Positions 20,996 through 30,710 of a stretch of 64,000 nt of DNA are shown here, in pieces; the first letter of the stretch is position 1; each line of letters opens with the position of its first letter. Below the pieces are notes generated by a model. That model worked only from the letters and a program-made list of their open reading frames with translations. It was not told the origin of the DNA and ran no database searches. Made by a program: the position numbers and the translations under genes. The stretch is from positions 1 to 64,000 of IMG/VR virus record IMGVR_UViG_3300020048_000098. The stretch is one strand, 5' to 3'. Source of the stretch: an uncultured virus (IMG/VR IMGVR_UViG_3300020048_000098). Taxonomy: Duplodnaviria > Heunggongvirae > Uroviricota > Caudoviricetes.

Positions 20996-21715
20996 TTAGT
21001 CAGCTAAGCATACGATGAATTCGTCACCTTGACTTGCTGGTTCTAATGCCCAACCCACGCAATTTGCTGTGGTAACTGAATCATCAGAGTATTTGTTTCT
21101 ACCTGTTGCAGAATCATAGCCAGCATATTTAACTGGGCCAGCAACCAAGTTATCAGCAGCTTGAGCAAAGGTTTGTACGAAACCTCTTAACCATACTGTT
21201 GTTCTTGATTTATCCCAGCTACCGGGTTTAGCATCAAATACCGCAACACCTACCATCAAGTGTGGAGAATCTCCAGCAGCAAGGGGTTTAACCTTACCAT
21301 CAGCTTGCATCTTAACGGGCATACCCATAAAGATTTCATGTCCATCAACTGCAGTTGTGATACCAGCTTGGGTAACACCCCCCGTAACTACTGCATTAGT
21401 GATAGAAGGATTTACTGTTTGGTCAACTGGGATGAAAGTGATTACTCTTGCAGATGATACTTCTGCGGAAGCAACTGAAGCAAGAGCAGCAACAGCAGCA
21501 GCTAAAGCTGTCATTGTAGCAGCATGGCTTGTACCGTAAGTAACAGGAGCAATTGCTTCACCGTTTACAGATACATTCACTACGTTAGCAGCGATTAAGT
21601 CAGCATCAAGAGTTAGAGTTCCAATTCTTTCTGCAACTACCAATTCTTCTGAAAGTTTTTCCTCTTCCAATTTTAAGAATGTGGATTTTGTGATATTACC
21701 GAGAGTTTCTGGCAT
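20996..21715 (-). CDS. Capsid decoration / cement protein with inserted surface domain
   Basis: Immediately upstream of major capsid; GMPVK..ADGKV, VGVA, VGWALE cement-like motifs. Confidence 0.65.
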   Translation of the reverse strand: MPETLGNITKSTFLKLEEEKLSEELVVAERIGTLTLDADLIAANVVNVSVNGEAIAPVTYGTSHAATMTALAAAVAALASVASAEVSSARVITFIPVDQTVNPSITNAVVTGGVTQAGITTAVDGHEIFMGMPVKMQADGKVKPLAAGDSPHLMVGVAVFDAKPGSWDKSRTTVWLRGFVQTFAQAADNLVAGPVKYAGYDSATGRNKYSDDSVTTANCVGWALEPASQGDEFIVCLAD

Positions 21716-21779
21716 AACATTTGTTTTTTGAGATTAATATTCTGTTGGATTTGTTCTTTGGAGAACTAAGCTTGAGAGA

Positions 21780-23195
21780 TTACTTAGTTGTTGTTCCTAA
21801 TTTAGCATTTCTTCTCAAACCTTCTTGTACCTCTTCTTTAGTTTTGGTAGTACCTTGACCTTGAGAGTTTGATTGAGTAGAAGTAGCTCTTGTTACTTCA
21901 GTGCTTCCACATTTACAAGTAAGTGGGAATTTAGCATCCAACTCAGCTTGGTATTTTTGTGTTAAAGCAACGCATTCTTCAGAAGTTGCCTTATTGATTA
22001 AAGATATGTTAGCATCTTTCTCAACATCTGCTTCTGGATTTACTGTTCTGTATAGGGTAATTACGTTTTCCCTTGCAGATGCAGTGTTTGATTCTTTCAA
22101 TGTTGCAATTTCTGCTATGAAAGATTCTTTTTCTGTTTCCAATGCTGTTAAACGTTCTTCTCTAGCAGTAGCAGCAGATTCTAAATCTGTTATCTTACCT
22201 TGTAAAGAAGTAGTAGCACTAGAAACATGGTCTGTTACGAATGATTGGAAAGAATCCTCATTCATATCAGTTAGGTTTTCGGTGTTAGCGAATCCCAAGG
22301 CTAAAGCTAAAGCTAATAGGTTCATGTTTTCTGTTTTTGGGTTATTAATAGGGTTAGTTGGTTTTGCGGAGAGTGATACGATGGATAAATCATCTTTGTA
22401 ATCCATTACGCTTGATAATGGTAAGTTATGTTTATAACTGAATGAATCCACTGTAGTAGCAAACTTAGGGTTAATAATCTTGCCGGTTTCGTCTAGCTTT
22501 TGTGCGTAGGGGTCAGCACCATGGGATACTAAGGAAGTTTCGAAGTATGCAAGGATTTTATCTGCACATCTTCTAACTAAGTTGTTATCTACCATTTCCC
22601 CAAGTTTATATCGGAATTCTTCATCCGGCATATCTGGGTGAGATTTCTTCCAACTGAACCTTACAGTTACGGAGTTAGAGTGGATTGATGGTGGGTCCAT
22701 TTGAATACCCCTTACTAATCTTGGGTTGGATTTACCATCTATCTTTAATACTCCATTTATACCCGCAGGGATTGTTTTATTTCCTACCTTGTAAGCTTCT
22801 TGCCAAAATACTTTGGTTATTACCCCAATGGCGTTACCTACTGCAGTTTCATGGTCTACATTAACTGTTTGACCTAGTAACATACCCATAGAAGCTTTTA
22901 AAACTCCCGGTGCAGTGAAATCAGCAGGGTAACCTTGTTTATTAACAATTACTTCGGATAATAATCTAAATACGGGGTAAATAAATTCATCATCCTTAGG
23001 GGTTAAATCCTCGGCTGTTACATCTGGGTAATAATTAGCATAGTTTGGAGTACTATCGAAAAGCCCGAAGCTTTCTACATCGGTACCCTCGAAAGATAAA
23101 CCTTCTGGGGTTTCCCTATCTACTAAAATTCTAGGGGAGTTCCCTAGTACGTTAGCATGGCCTGATGTTAATGTTATTTCATCAATAAATTCCAT
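21780..23195 (-). CDS. Prohead protease / scaffold fusion
   Basis: VNVDH, SNSV, ETSLV..GADP protease-like motifs plus coiled-coil C-terminus; between portal and capsid. Confidence 0.7.
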   Translation of the reverse strand: MEFIDEITLTSGHANVLGNSPRILVDRETPEGLSFEGTDVESFGLFDSTPNYANYYPDVTAEDLTPKDDEFIYPVFRLLSEVIVNKQGYPADFTAPGVLKASMGMLLGQTVNVDHETAVGNAIGVITKVFWQEAYKVGNKTIPAGINGVLKIDGKSNPRLVRGIQMDPPSIHSNSVTVRFSWKKSHPDMPDEEFRYKLGEMVDNNLVRRCADKILAYFETSLVSHGADPYAQKLDETGKIINPKFATTVDSFSYKHNLPLSSVMDYKDDLSIVSLSAKPTNPINNPKTENMNLLALALALGFANTENLTDMNEDSFQSFVTDHVSSATTSLQGKITDLESAATAREERLTALETEKESFIAEIATLKESNTASARENVITLYRTVNPEADVEKDANISLINKATSEECVALTQKYQAELDAKFPLTCKCGSTEVTRATSTQSNSQGQGTTKTKEEVQEGLRRNAKLGTTTK

Positions 23196-23233
23196 TTTCT
23201 TGGTTTTAATGTGGTTATTATAGGTTAGTATTG

Positions 23234-24715
23234 TTACCTTACCCTAGTATCTTGGGGTTTGGATTTTGGTTGGGGTTTTGCTTTATCTCTTCCCTTACGG
23301 TCTGAAGCATCTTTACCATCTTCTTTTTTCTTATCAGCTTCGGGGTCTTCAGATTTAACCCCAGCAAAAGGAGCTCTTCTATCCTCTTGGTCTGCAAAGT
23401 CATAACCCATTTCTTCAGCATAAGTTTCCTGGGAAATAATGCCTGCAGCATATAGGTTATCTAAGTTACGGATTTTTATTTCCTTGCTTTGTTCAATCTT
23501 CAAACTATCCGTGATAGTAGAGGGGTTGAAAAGGAGTTCTACTGATTTAAACTTAAATCCCGCCATCAATAATTCCAGGGTAATACCATATTGGTAGTTC
23601 TCTTTAATTATATTCTGTACGTTCTTAAGTTGGGATAATACCTTAGTGAATACAATGTTTATCTGTGTTTCAGAGTTACCGTTACCAGCACTGAAAAACA
23701 TTGGATGGTGTTTTAAACCATTTGCAATCTGTATTTCATTAAGGTTATAAATATCAGATAATCCCCCAACGTTCTTAGCTATGGAGTGGAAATTGAATTT
23801 ATGGTCCTCATCATAACCAACCATTATTCCATCAGCAACTGAATGGGTTACATTTTCTTTAGTAGTTTGTAGGATTTTAGTTAATCTGCTTCGGTATGCA
23901 GAGTCATTCTCATTCCTGAACTGCGATGGTTTAGAAATGAGTAATTCCATGAAACCTAGTACACCTAATTGCTTAACGATGTGAGCAATGTTCTTCTTCA
24001 TGTCTTTTTGTACTGAGATATCCTCTAAAGCAGCAAGGAATGGGGGATATCCGTAGGGTTCATCTGAATCCCCATTTAAAGCAAAGTATCTGAAGGTATT
24101 TGGGTTAAGTTTCTTAGGCATTATGTAAGTATCTGCCTTAGTTTGGTTAACTGGATTTTTTACTCTCTGGTGATAATCATACCGGTTGATTCTTTCATTT
24201 AATTCAGCCCAGATATTTTCTGGGTTTACGAATATTAACCGGTCTATACCATCTAAGTTTCTTGAGGGTACCCATTCATTTGATATTGCTCCGGCAATAA
24301 AGAGTTGACTGAAGGATTTATTGATTAACCCATCTAACCCAGCAACGCCTTGAGCCCACTGTTTAGCTTTGTTATCAATATGCTGTCGCATCTTTAAAGC
24401 CTGTTCTGGTGTAACTCCCCTATCAAATTTGATAGTCCAACCAGTGTTACTTAACTGTACTAAATCCTGTACTGCTAAACTGATTGGGCCGTTACACTTA
24501 GAAAGGTTCCGGATAAGAGGTATGAAATTCCTATCGAAACCCGCTTTAAGGAGTTTTTTATTGTCTATTGTGAATTCTACCCCAGATGATGATTCAGGTA
24601 CTGAGGACCTTGCTGGTGGCACGATGGAATCTGGCCTGGGCATTTTAGTTGGGTCAATGTGTTTTGGGGGTCTACCAAAACTTACTGGACCCAGTAATGG
24701 AATGTTTATTATCAT
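23234..24715 (-). CDS. Portal protein
   Basis: 493 aa directly after TerL; PYGYPP motif; charged C-terminus. Confidence 0.8.
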   Translation of the reverse strand: MIINIPLLGPVSFGRPPKHIDPTKMPRPDSIVPPARSSVPESSSGVEFTIDNKKLLKAGFDRNFIPLIRNLSKCNGPISLAVQDLVQLSNTGWTIKFDRGVTPEQALKMRQHIDNKAKQWAQGVAGLDGLINKSFSQLFIAGAISNEWVPSRNLDGIDRLIFVNPENIWAELNERINRYDYHQRVKNPVNQTKADTYIMPKKLNPNTFRYFALNGDSDEPYGYPPFLAALEDISVQKDMKKNIAHIVKQLGVLGFMELLISKPSQFRNENDSAYRSRLTKILQTTKENVTHSVADGIMVGYDEDHKFNFHSIAKNVGGLSDIYNLNEIQIANGLKHHPMFFSAGNGNSETQINIVFTKVLSQLKNVQNIIKENYQYGITLELLMAGFKFKSVELLFNPSTITDSLKIEQSKEIKIRNLDNLYAAGIISQETYAEEMGYDFADQEDRRAPFAGVKSEDPEADKKKEDGKDASDRKGRDKAKPQPKSKPQDTRVR

Positions 24716-26208
24716 ATTGGAGATATTAAAGTTGGATTATTTCTACCTTTCCTAATGAAATTGGTTATTGCTTTAGCAAGTATAGCATCGTCGGTATAAT
24801 CTTGAGTTCCTTCATCCTCATCATCCCCAGCGCTGTGTTTGTTCTTCTTACCCATAGCTATTGGAGTATTCCTTTCATCGTAAATAAAGGTATAAGCTTC
24901 CTGTACAAAGAATGGGTCTCTAATCTGGATTTCCTCATTACGTATGTCCTGTTCTAGCTCATCGATAATGATGGGTCTGTTCTTACCAGTAGTTACCCAA
25001 CCAGGAACTTTCTTCATCTCTGGTTTGGATTTCCCTTTCTGTCTTAACATCTGTTTAGTGTAGTACAGGTTTGAATAACCATCATCCTGTAACCATCTAA
25101 CTAAACCCTCCCCTACTCCATCCGTTTCGGGAGCTAGTAGAGCATAGTTGTAATCTTTACCAATATTACCAAGTAACGTTTTGTACTTATCTACTGTTAT
25201 CCTACCTTTGAAAGCAGCTACTTCAGAACCATACCTATCCATTACTGAGAATGCAGAATAATCTCGGGCTCTTCCCGTTGCAACGTCGGCCCCAATGTAA
25301 TACTGGCCATTTGCTCTTGGTTTCTCGAAGATTAATAGGTTACCATTTAACCTACGTTCAATGGGTTGGTTATCTGCCAAGTCATCCTCAATTGATTTGA
25401 TATCCACTAAGTCAAATACCGTATCCCCAGAAGATAGGAAGTCACCATCAATTTCCTGGGCAGTTCTTTTAGCACCCAAAGCATTTCTCATCTGGGTATA
25501 CCACTTAATATCTCTTTCGGGGTGCATATCCCATTTCAAACGTACTGGAACAAAACCATTACCTCCTACGCAAGCATCTACCCAGGTTTGGTGATACCAG
25601 TTCCCAACTCCATAGGGGGTTGAGTTTACTATGGCAGAACCCCCAGTGGATAGTGTTGGAAAAGCGGCAGCCCAGATTTTAGAAGCCCATTTAACAATGG
25701 CACCTTCATCAATCACCAATAAAGATAAAGCTTCTGAACGCCCTGCATCTTCGGTAGTGGGTATGGAAGTAATCATTGAACCATTACTGAATTCCATTTC
25801 TGTAGCAGTACCTATATCACCAGGACGCCCATTAACTATGGGAGTCTTTAATACCACTGGTAGGTTACGATACATGTATTTGATTTTCCTTAAAACCTTC
25901 TTAGCTACACGGTCCTTAATGGAAATGATTTGTATGTTTTTGTTTGGGTGAAACATTGCCAACCATAAACAGTAGAGGGATATTAATTCTGTTACCCCAG
26001 CCTGTCTAAACTTCAGGACAATGTTGAAACGGTTGTTGATAAAGTTCCAGAGAAGAATCTTCTGGAAAGGGTAAAGTAGGAATCGTACCTTACCCCGGAT
26101 AGGGTGCATCACATAAATGTGTTTGGAAAACTCCCAGGGGTCCCTTGAACAAAGGTTGAGGAGTTTGATATCTTCCGACGTAATGTATTCTGTTTTGATT
26201 GCTGCCAT
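24712..26208 (-). CDS. terL: Terminase large subunit
   Basis: Walker A-like KFRQAGVT, Walker B LLVIDE, STPYG coupling motif, nuclease GADVATG...DYSA and DDAILA. Confidence 0.95.
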   Translation of the reverse strand: MAAIKTEYITSEDIKLLNLCSRDPWEFSKHIYVMHPIRGKVRFLLYPFQKILLWNFINNRFNIVLKFRQAGVTELISLYCLWLAMFHPNKNIQIISIKDRVAKKVLRKIKYMYRNLPVVLKTPIVNGRPGDIGTATEMEFSNGSMITSIPTTEDAGRSEALSLLVIDEGAIVKWASKIWAAAFPTLSTGGSAIVNSTPYGVGNWYHQTWVDACVGGNGFVPVRLKWDMHPERDIKWYTQMRNALGAKRTAQEIDGDFLSSGDTVFDLVDIKSIEDDLADNQPIERRLNGNLLIFEKPRANGQYYIGADVATGRARDYSAFSVMDRYGSEVAAFKGRITVDKYKTLLGNIGKDYNYALLAPETDGVGEGLVRWLQDDGYSNLYYTKQMLRQKGKSKPEMKKVPGWVTTGKNRPIIIDELEQDIRNEEIQIRDPFFVQEAYTFIYDERNTPIAMGKKNKHSAGDDEDEGTQDYTDDAILAKAITNFIRKGRNNPTLISPI

Positions 26209-26224
26209 AGTAACCTAAAATAGA

Positions 26225-26884
26225 TTATTTGCGTAGAATGATATCCCGAGCATACGTAATACTAGCGTTCGGGTTTCCCCACTTACCCTGTAAAGTGAGA
26301 GAGGGAGCTAGTTGTTTAAACCCTAACCATCTGAATAAGAAGAATTTATGGGGGGCTAAAGGATTACTCCAACTGAGTAATAACGTATCCTGATAAGTAT
26401 AAGTGATACTTGTTTTCAGAGTTTTTGCAGAGATAATGACAGTAGCATCAATGAAATTATCCTTGTAAGTTGATTTACCATCCACATAAATCGTATCTTT
26501 CCCAATAATTGTAACTGAAGGTATACTTACTAATATCCCAGCTATAGAATCTCTTAAACTTGAAACCATACCTGATAAGTGATTTACCTGTTTAGTTTTT
26601 AATCCTAAATCCTTAGTGTATTTGTAAAGGTCTGATTCTAACTTATCCTGAGAATCTTCTAGGTTTCCAATCTTAGTTGAATAACTTTGTATCTGAGTTA
26701 CCATTTGACCATTCTTCAATCTGAAGTGGGTAATAGAATCAGTTTTAGCTATAATCTCTACTTTCAAATCCTTAATCTTGGATTCAAGGTCATTTATCTT
26801 ATGCCAATCATAAACCAGTTTATAACAGGCACCTACTATCACTATCCCTAATATCAGGTATAGGAGTGTTCTAATGTTTTTCAT
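26225..26884 (-). CDS. Membrane-anchored coiled-coil protein, putative spanin
   Basis: N-terminal TM helix plus coiled coil; adjacent to lysin. Confidence 0.5.
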   Translation of the reverse strand: MKNIRTLLYLILGIVIVGACYKLVYDWHKINDLESKIKDLKVEIIAKTDSITHFRLKNGQMVTQIQSYSTKIGNLEDSQDKLESDLYKYTKDLGLKTKQVNHLSGMVSSLRDSIAGILVSIPSVTIIGKDTIYVDGKSTYKDNFIDATVIISAKTLKTSITYTYQDTLLLSWSNPLAPHKFFLFRWLGFKQLAPSLTLQGKWGNPNASITYARDIILRK

Positions 26885-26914
26885 AGTTATTTGTTTTTTG
26901 TTTCATGGTATTTA

Positions 26915-27017
26915 TACCCCCCCGTTATATATACACCCCTTAAGGGGGTGTTTTATATATAAGGGGGTAATTGTTCCTTTATGCGCACGAGGCGCATTAT
27001 GCGATGCGTATATACGC
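26915..27017. repeat. Cluster of palindromes and hairpins in the lysin-spanin intergenic region
   Basis: About 55-nt imperfect hairpin centred near 26941; ATGCGC/GCGCAT hairpin 26981-26997; perfect palindrome GCGTATATACGC 27006-27017. Confidence 0.75.
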
Positions 27018-27023
27018 GGTAAG

Positions 27024-27653
27024 CTATTCAGCTGTGAAAACCTCTTTTTCAAGGAATAAACAATAATCGAATTTATCCCCATTATTTATGGCCATCTTCT
27101 CAGCTAAGCCCATGAAGTAATCAAAATCCAAAACTGGTTTATCAAATCCAGGACGGTTGGTATAATGGTTTGCCATTACCTGACACATAGCAGACCACTT
27201 GTCAACAAGGATGCTATTAATTCCTGCATGATGCAAATTCATACCAACTATACCTTTCTTCAAGGTTTCTTTCTTCCGGTCAATCTTAGCATCCTTGTTA
27301 TTATCTCGGTAGAATGAAACGGCAGATTTTTGAACTAACGCTTTATACTTACCCTGATGCAAACCCCTAGTAAAACAGGCTTTATAATAACCAGTACACA
27401 ATATACCAGTACCCTCCACATTCATTGGGTGCAATCTCCAGAAAGTACCGGGGTCTGTAGTTGCATCAAATACCTGAATAAAACCACTTGGGCTCCACAG
27501 TACGATTAAGTCATTGAAGCTATTGGAATTAATATCAGAATTCCTGATACCACATAGATTAGGGTTAAATCCCTTACTCTCGTCAGTCAATGGATATCCC
27601 ATCTTCTGGTAAGCAGCCATCATAACAGCTACTGTCAATTTAGATTTGTCCAT
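27024..27653 (-). CDS. Putative endolysin, L,D-transpeptidase (YkuD)-like peptidase
   Basis: GMNLHHAG...WSAMCQV resembles the HxxG...SxGC catalytic motif; ATTDPG; next to spanin-like gene. Confidence 0.6.
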   Translation of the reverse strand: MDKSKLTVAVMMAAYQKMGYPLTDESKGFNPNLCGIRNSDINSNSFNDLIVLWSPSGFIQVFDATTDPGTFWRLHPMNVEGTGILCTGYYKACFTRGLHQGKYKALVQKSAVSFYRDNNKDAKIDRKKETLKKGIVGMNLHHAGINSILVDKWSAMCQVMANHYTNRPGFDKPVLDFDYFMGLAEKMAINNGDKFDYCLFLEKEVFTAE

Positions 27654-28665
27654 ACTTGTTCATCATTTTAAGTTGTTTTTTAAGCCATAGCCCTATTTCA
27701 TAAGGAGGGGTTTTAGCTACTGTAGTACGGGCCTTATTTATACAGTAACCATGTTTTGATTCATCATACCAGAGTTGGAATCTATCCGGTACCCCCTGAA
27801 TCCTTGCTAATTCTCTTGGTGACATCATATCCCCAAGTTCATTAAACTGCCTATTCGACTTTCTTGCAGTATTTGGGAAATCATGGTCCCGATTCCTATA
27901 AACACCTGGTGCAGTATTAAAATTCCGGTCCTTTACTTGCCATCTACTCCAATTTTCTGATAACCAGGTTTCTTTTATCTCCGCTAGTGAAGCTTTGAAA
28001 CCAGCGTAAAGAGTTATTACTTCTTTACCAGTACCACTTACATCTTCATTCACATGGCATACCTCTTTACCCTCTTCAGAATTAAGTTTTGGTAATCCTT
28101 CCAATAATTCTCGACAAGGCATAAGTTCTTCCACCTTGTGCACCATACGTAGGAATGTAGAATCAACTACATCTTCCCTAACTCCAACCATTACTAATCT
28201 TACCCGGTTCTTTTGGGAATTACCAAATTCACTTACCGATAACTCATGATATATAAGTGTGTACCCCGGTAACCTACCCTCCCACATATTCTTAGTAAAG
28301 CTATCCAAAGAAGCTGGTAGGTTCTCCATTACAAATATCTTCGGGCGTATAGCTATGATAGAATCCACATAAAGCATGAAACTATCGTTATCACTTGGGT
28401 CCGTAAGTTTCTTAGTCCTTGAATAGGACATCTTGGAAGATGGGCCACAATCAGGAGCACCAATAACTACATCAACTTCCCCAAAGATTTTCCAACTGAT
28501 AGGAATCTTTGTATTGTTGTAAAGGGGTATATCCCCAAAGTTAAGTTTCCATTGTATATCTCCGGGAGTTTTAAATAACGACCGGTATTCTACATTGGCT
28601 ATCAAATGTTTACGTAGTGGGTGGACAAATACCCCATTCCCACCATTCACAGATAAAATCCTCAT
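27640..28665 (-). CDS. DNA (cytosine-5)-methyltransferase, divergent
   Basis: Motif I-like ILSVNGGNG, IV GAPDCG, VI FVMENL, VIII SQKNRVRL, IX SPRELARIQGVPD. Confidence 0.85.
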   Translation of the reverse strand: MRILSVNGGNGVFVHPLRKHLIANVEYRSLFKTPGDIQWKLNFGDIPLYNNTKIPISWKIFGEVDVVIGAPDCGPSSKMSYSRTKKLTDPSDNDSFMLYVDSIIAIRPKIFVMENLPASLDSFTKNMWEGRLPGYTLIYHELSVSEFGNSQKNRVRLVMVGVREDVVDSTFLRMVHKVEELMPCRELLEGLPKLNSEEGKEVCHVNEDVSGTGKEVITLYAGFKASLAEIKETWLSENWSRWQVKDRNFNTAPGVYRNRDHDFPNTARKSNRQFNELGDMMSPRELARIQGVPDRFQLWYDESKHGYCINKARTTVAKTPPYEIGLWLKKQLKMMNKYGQI

Positions 28666-28799
28666 ATTGCCTTTATTTTTGAATTTCTAGTATTGCCGAG
28701 TTCTATTAATGATTGCTTGATTTCTAAGTATCCATAAATGCTGCATTGATTCCCGGTCCTTCCTATCCGGGTTTCTTTGTTTTAAAAAACCTTTATAAC

Positions 28800-29015
28800 A
28801 TGGTAAACAGACTATACACACTTATCTCAATGTTCGGGCTAATCTACATGGTTGGTATCACAATCCAAACTATAATGGCTGATTTCAAGAAGAGTAATGG
28901 TAAGAGACCCTGGCCAACTCACTTCTTTTATACCTGGGTACTCCTATCCTATATTTATGCAATCTATGTTTTGTTCAATTGGCAAACCATATTAATTCAA
29001 TCTAGTTTTAAGTAA
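28800..29015 (+). CDS. Small two-TM membrane protein
   Basis: ATG at 28800 after A-rich leader; two hydrophobic segments. Confidence 0.55.
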   Translation: MVNRLYTLISMFGLIYMVGITIQTIMADFKKSNGKRPWPTHFFYTWVLLSYIYAIYVLFNWQTILIQSSFK

Positions 29016-29092
29016 ACTACACACTTAAAGAAAATTCATATTAAACTGCAGTAACTCGCTAGATTTATAAATATTACATCGCTATTTGCATA

Positions 29093-29497
29093 ATGGAACT
29101 AAACTTATTAGATAAAGAATTATATAACTTTCCTGAACACATCTCAGAGAAGTTAATCCAACTAAAAGTAAGCACGGGTATAGGCTTAATTTATTTAGAA
29201 TCTATCGCAGTATCCCCAGAGTTTAGGGGTTTTGGAATAGGTACCCAGGTAATAGACCACCTCAAAAAATTATCCATAAAATATAATTGCCTCCTATTCT
29301 TATACCCGGCAAATAACAATGCCCAGAAATACTCCAAACTGGTATCCTTCTACACTAAACGGGGATTTACACCAATCTCAGAACCCTTTGGGTGCATAAG
29401 ATTCCAGATTAATTACTCAGGTAAGGATGATAACTCCTTAACATCTATTCCAATACATATAGCTAGGAATTACCTTAAACCCCATGAGATAGTATGA
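29093..29497 (+). CDS. GNAT-family acetyltransferase
   Basis: IAVSPEFRGFGIGTQV acetyl-CoA motif; FYTKRGF. Confidence 0.85.
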   Translation: MELNLLDKELYNFPEHISEKLIQLKVSTGIGLIYLESIAVSPEFRGFGIGTQVIDHLKKLSIKYNCLLFLYPANNNAQKYSKLVSFYTKRGFTPISEPFGCIRFQINYSGKDDNSLTSIPIHIARNYLKPHEIV

Positions 29498-29697
29498 CAC
29501 CCGAAGAAAAGAAAGCTTACAGGAACCAACTCATCCTTCAATACAAAGAAAGTGAGCCACATTTTAAGTTCGATGACTTCCTTCTTGACAAACTTATAGA
29601 GAAGGATTTACAACTTGCCAAGATGAGAACCCACCATGAAGAAGTTAAGCAAACGCTACAGGACTTTAACCTTAAGATGAATACCTACCGTGATTAG
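29494..29697 (+). CDS. Hypothetical protein
   Basis: ATGA-coupled ORF in plus-strand operon. Confidence 0.6.
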   Translation: MTPEEKKAYRNQLILQYKESEPHFKFDDFLLDKLIEKDLQLAKMRTHHEEVKQTLQDFNLKMNTYRD

Positions 29698-30142
29698 AAA
29701 ATTTGAAGAGGAACTACAGGATTACCATAGAGACATAGATGCTCTTTACGGGCGTATAGTTTTATGGGAAACCTATTACCCAGGAATAGGGTATGAGAGT
29801 ACAGTAAAGAGGGAACTCCAGATTATCAGGGCAATAAACTCTGCTTCTGTTGCAATAGCTTGTAATGATGGCCAACTACGTACTTTCTACATTAAAGAGG
29901 GTAAACAAAGAAGCCAGGTACTTGGCCAACGTAGGCAAGATACTAACATGGACTCCACTATCTACCTATTAACCGAATGGGAAGCTTCCCAGTTATGCCA
30001 AGAATGGGCTAAGGAAGTTTTAAGGAATAGAATGCAAAAAAGGGTAACAGCTTTAGCTTATACCCTCCCATACGAAGTTCTTGAGCAGATGGATACTATT
30101 ATAAATGAACATTTATCTGGGACTTATGAAACTAATAGCTAA
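29690..30142 (+). CDS. Hypothetical protein
   Basis: Overlapping ORF in plus-strand operon. Confidence 0.6.
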   Translation: MIRKFEEELQDYHRDIDALYGRIVLWETYYPGIGYESTVKRELQIIRAINSASVAIACNDGQLRTFYIKEGKQRSQVLGQRRQDTNMDSTIYLLTEWEASQLCQEWAKEVLRNRMQKRVTALAYTLPYEVLEQMDTIINEHLSGTYETNS

Positions 30143-30422
30143 GCAAAAGAAAACAAACCTACGGGATTTTTTAAAGCATAAGGGTGTAGTAACAGACATC
30201 CTTCTTCGTAGAATACAGCCAGAGATTGAATACGTAACATCAGAACCCGACGAGGAAGATACCCGTCATACCATCCAGGCTTCTATTATAACCATGTCCA
30301 AGAAAGAGTATAACATATTACTACGAAACTTGGAAAGATTGGACTATATCAATCCATCAAGGGGTATGGGAAACCTTATTAGAGAAGCCCTTGCAGTAGT
30401 TAAGAACCTAGAAAAGATTTAA
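30105..30422 (+). CDS. Hypothetical protein (start may be 30126)
   Basis: ORF in plus-strand operon. Confidence 0.6.
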   Translation: MNIYLGLMKLIAKQKKTNLRDFLKHKGVVTDILLRRIQPEIEYVTSEPDEEDTRHTIQASIITMSKKEYNILLRNLERLDYINPSRGMGNLIREALAVVKNLEKI

Positions 30423-30423
30423 C

Positions 30424-30708
30424 ATGAGATTAAGAACTGAGATGCGGTATCAAGAATCTGACCTTCATACCGTTAAAGACATACGTAAACAGGCTGAGAA
30501 AGAAGTAATCCGTAGATTATGTATGGAAGTAGAGAAATACGTAGAACCAGTAGATGTCCTTACTCCTAAGAATGCCCCTTACCAAACTGTAAAGTATGCT
30601 GTTCATGTCTATAAAGACTCCGATATGGAGAAGGTAAGAGAAATACTTAACTCCATGCCCAGCTCAACTGGTAAAACTTCATTAGTACAAATCCTATTAC
30701 AAAAATAA
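30424..30708 (+). CDS. Hypothetical protein
   Basis: Tightly packed ORF. Confidence 0.6.
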   Translation: MRLRTEMRYQESDLHTVKDIRKQAEKEVIRRLCMEVEKYVEPVDVLTPKNAPYQTVKYAVHVYKDSDMEKVREILNSMPSSTGKTSLVQILLQK

Positions 30709-30710
30709 CC

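Noticed and set aside
1514..26000. Many plus-strand ORFs of 60-170 aa within the structural region
   Set aside because: They are antisense shadows of well-supported minus-strand genes and have no recognisable motifs
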